This document shows positions 62,301-64,000 of a stretch of DNA of 64,000 nt, in pieces. The notes beneath the pieces were generated by a model. That model searched no databases, was not told the origin of the DNA, and saw only the letters and a program-made list of their open reading frames with translations. Both the position numbers and the translations under genes were made by a program. The stretch's first letter is position 1; every line of letters starts with the position of its first letter. Origin of the DNA: Oopsacas minuta (Eukaryota > Animalia > Porifera); the NCBI GenBank assembly GCA_024704765.1, contig JAKMXF010000019.1, forward strand, positions 1 to 64,000. The letters are read 5' to 3'.

Positions 62301-62985
62301 TAGATCACAGTACAGAGTTTGGTTCGTGTTAAGAGGGCCTATAGTTCTCTTATCCGGGGTCTGGGTGGTTAGCAGCATATACTGGATGTCTAATTTCTCC
62401 CTACGAGTTTGCATTCTGTAAGCTTTATCGTTCATTTCACTCAGATCAGGCTCGATCTGGCTTAGACTTGGCGCGAAATTATTTACCTAAAATGGGTTAA
62501 TTCATAACGTCATAGGAACAGATTCTAGTATTTTCCTGCAGCATTGTATACCGTGCAAGTTGCCTTGTTGTATACAATAAAATTACATCACGTATGGAGG
62601 ACTTAATAGATTGAATCTTGTCATTTGAGATCCGCTATCAACAGACTATGATTTCCCCTGACTGTTCAGATGTTAACTATCTATTTCAAATATGGATTTG
62701 AGACCGCCACTACGTATGCGTATAATTTGCAAATATGTTCTTAATAAATATGATACTTAGTTACGCACTCACCTTTCCTCCAAACATTTCAGTGAGCTTT
62801 CTAAGGAATCTCTTCGCCTCCAGCTTTGTCATACAGATATCCTCTGTTAACATATTTAAGTCAAAGTCCACCAGATCGTCCATATTCCTAGTACCGACGA
62901 GTTTAAATGTATCCTCGTATTTTTCTAGCCCCTGAGCCTCAAGGAATTCCTTTAGGCCAACACCTCCTTTAGTATTAGTTGCCAT
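59345..62985 (-). CDS. SAM - UBL-like - vWA - UBC(E2) - U-box fusion protein, with a 1-nt frameshift at the start of the E2 domain
   Basis: Exon 1 62985-62773 (SAM: FLEAQGLEKYEDTF..LEAKRFLRKL), in-frame exon 2 starting VNNFAPS; vWA MIDAS LDVSGSM..T..LTDG; E2 RILQEL/HPAFEVFP..GPDGTPY..YPSKPP..YHCNINSAGRIC; U-box VCPLTLDLFVDPV..GETYEK. Confidence 0.85.
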
Positions 62986-63162
62986 AGAATTGATAGAATA
63001 ATTACAAATCGATGTAAATCACATTTAAATAGGATGGCCTAATACCTGGAACTTGATATGACGCTATATTTAGTGTATATGTCCTGTGGGAATACTCACA
63101 TTACTCATCTCATATCTTTCTGAATAGTTAATACATTGAAATTAAATGTTATTCCTGCATTC

Positions 63163-64000
63163 ATGGATAAAATCGATTTATTTTTGGAGAAGGTACGTCT
63201 CACTGAGTATAGAGAGAGGTTTATACCTCAGGTCAGTGATGTGTTTGAGTTTAGAAAGTATTTAAAGGATCCAGAGTCTCTGAGACAGCTCGTAGGGCTG
63301 TCTAAGCTTGAGGTTAAGAGGTTTGTGAGACTATGTGAACCAACTCTTCAGGTTAGTGACATACAATAAGCTATCTTAACACATGTATGAACCATCTGGT
63401 ATTTGTGTCTACTGCATATGACGAATAGTAGTTTGTTAGAATGTTAACAAATTCATTCAATTAATATTAGTACTGTTGTTTGTAGGAAATGAATGTACAA
63501 ACTATTTCAACTGATCCTCCTCCCCCTATCACACCTGATACTCATGTTACTACAAACACCTCAGAGGTGTTATATCTAAACATTAAACTCTTGGATCTAG
63601 AAGGTGTCATCCTTGATAAGAGGTTCCCTATACAGGTTAACAAATCAATTCTCTATTATCAGCTGGTTGATAGTATTCATAAGGTGTTAAAGAATGAAAC
63701 TAATAAAATTAGCTTTAGAAGTATTGAAATATATTCTAAGACAGGTTACCCTCTTGCTAACAGTCCAATGGTGTTTGTGAGACCAATTTCTGAGTGGTTC
63801 CTGCAACAAAATGAATTATTGTATGTTTACCAAAAGGTGTTAAGTCATAAATATGAGTTTGTGAGTGATGTAGATGCTAAGGGGACTGTAGTGACCATCC
63901 AGCTAAGAAATAGTACTTCTAAATTCTCATTCAAATTCTATCAGGAATTCGTATTTGTTTGTGATTTGAAGACAGCTCTGTCGCTTGAATTACACATTCC
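63163..64000 (+). CDS. Paralog of the SAM...vWA-E2-U-box gene, 5' part only
   Basis: SAM exon 63163-63350 (FLEKVRLTEYRERF..LEVKRFVRLC), phase-0 intron, open exon from 63486 to the window end. YYQLV..IEIYSKTGYPLANSPMVFVRPISEWFL..LHIP aligns with YCDLV..VELYTCEGYPLATRPISYISKLSDWCL..TGIP. Confidence 0.8.

Overview
AT-rich, intron-containing eukaryotic (animal) DNA with compact genes and mostly short GT-AG introns. The gene style suggests an early-branching animal such as a sponge, but that is inference only. Left to right: a truncated TRAF-like gene; an orphan ORF; a PH-START lipid-transfer gene; a GAF-GAF phosphodiesterase; a GAP1-family RasGAP; a coiled-coil gene; two tandem poly-ubiquitin-like genes (about 13 and 9 divergent UBL domains, no C-terminal GG); a 10-exon, about 1,629-aa RNA end-healing protein (RWD-MJ1316-2H-polynucleotide kinase-2H-HAD-nucleotidyltransferase-R3H); a four-copy tandem array of TRAF-like genes whose MATH domains differ mainly at the predicted peptide-binding groove; a minus-strand MAGI gene whose introns host a cathepsin, two small Tyr-motif membrane ORFs and an NHL remnant; and a head-to-head paralog pair of SAM...vWA-E2-U-box genes (one with a 1-nt frameshift, the other running off the window). 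Many MITEs of Tc1/mariner, hAT and piggyBac type are present, including one with empty sites visible in the sister repeats. All exon models and domain calls were made by eye and need HMM and RNA-seq confirmation.
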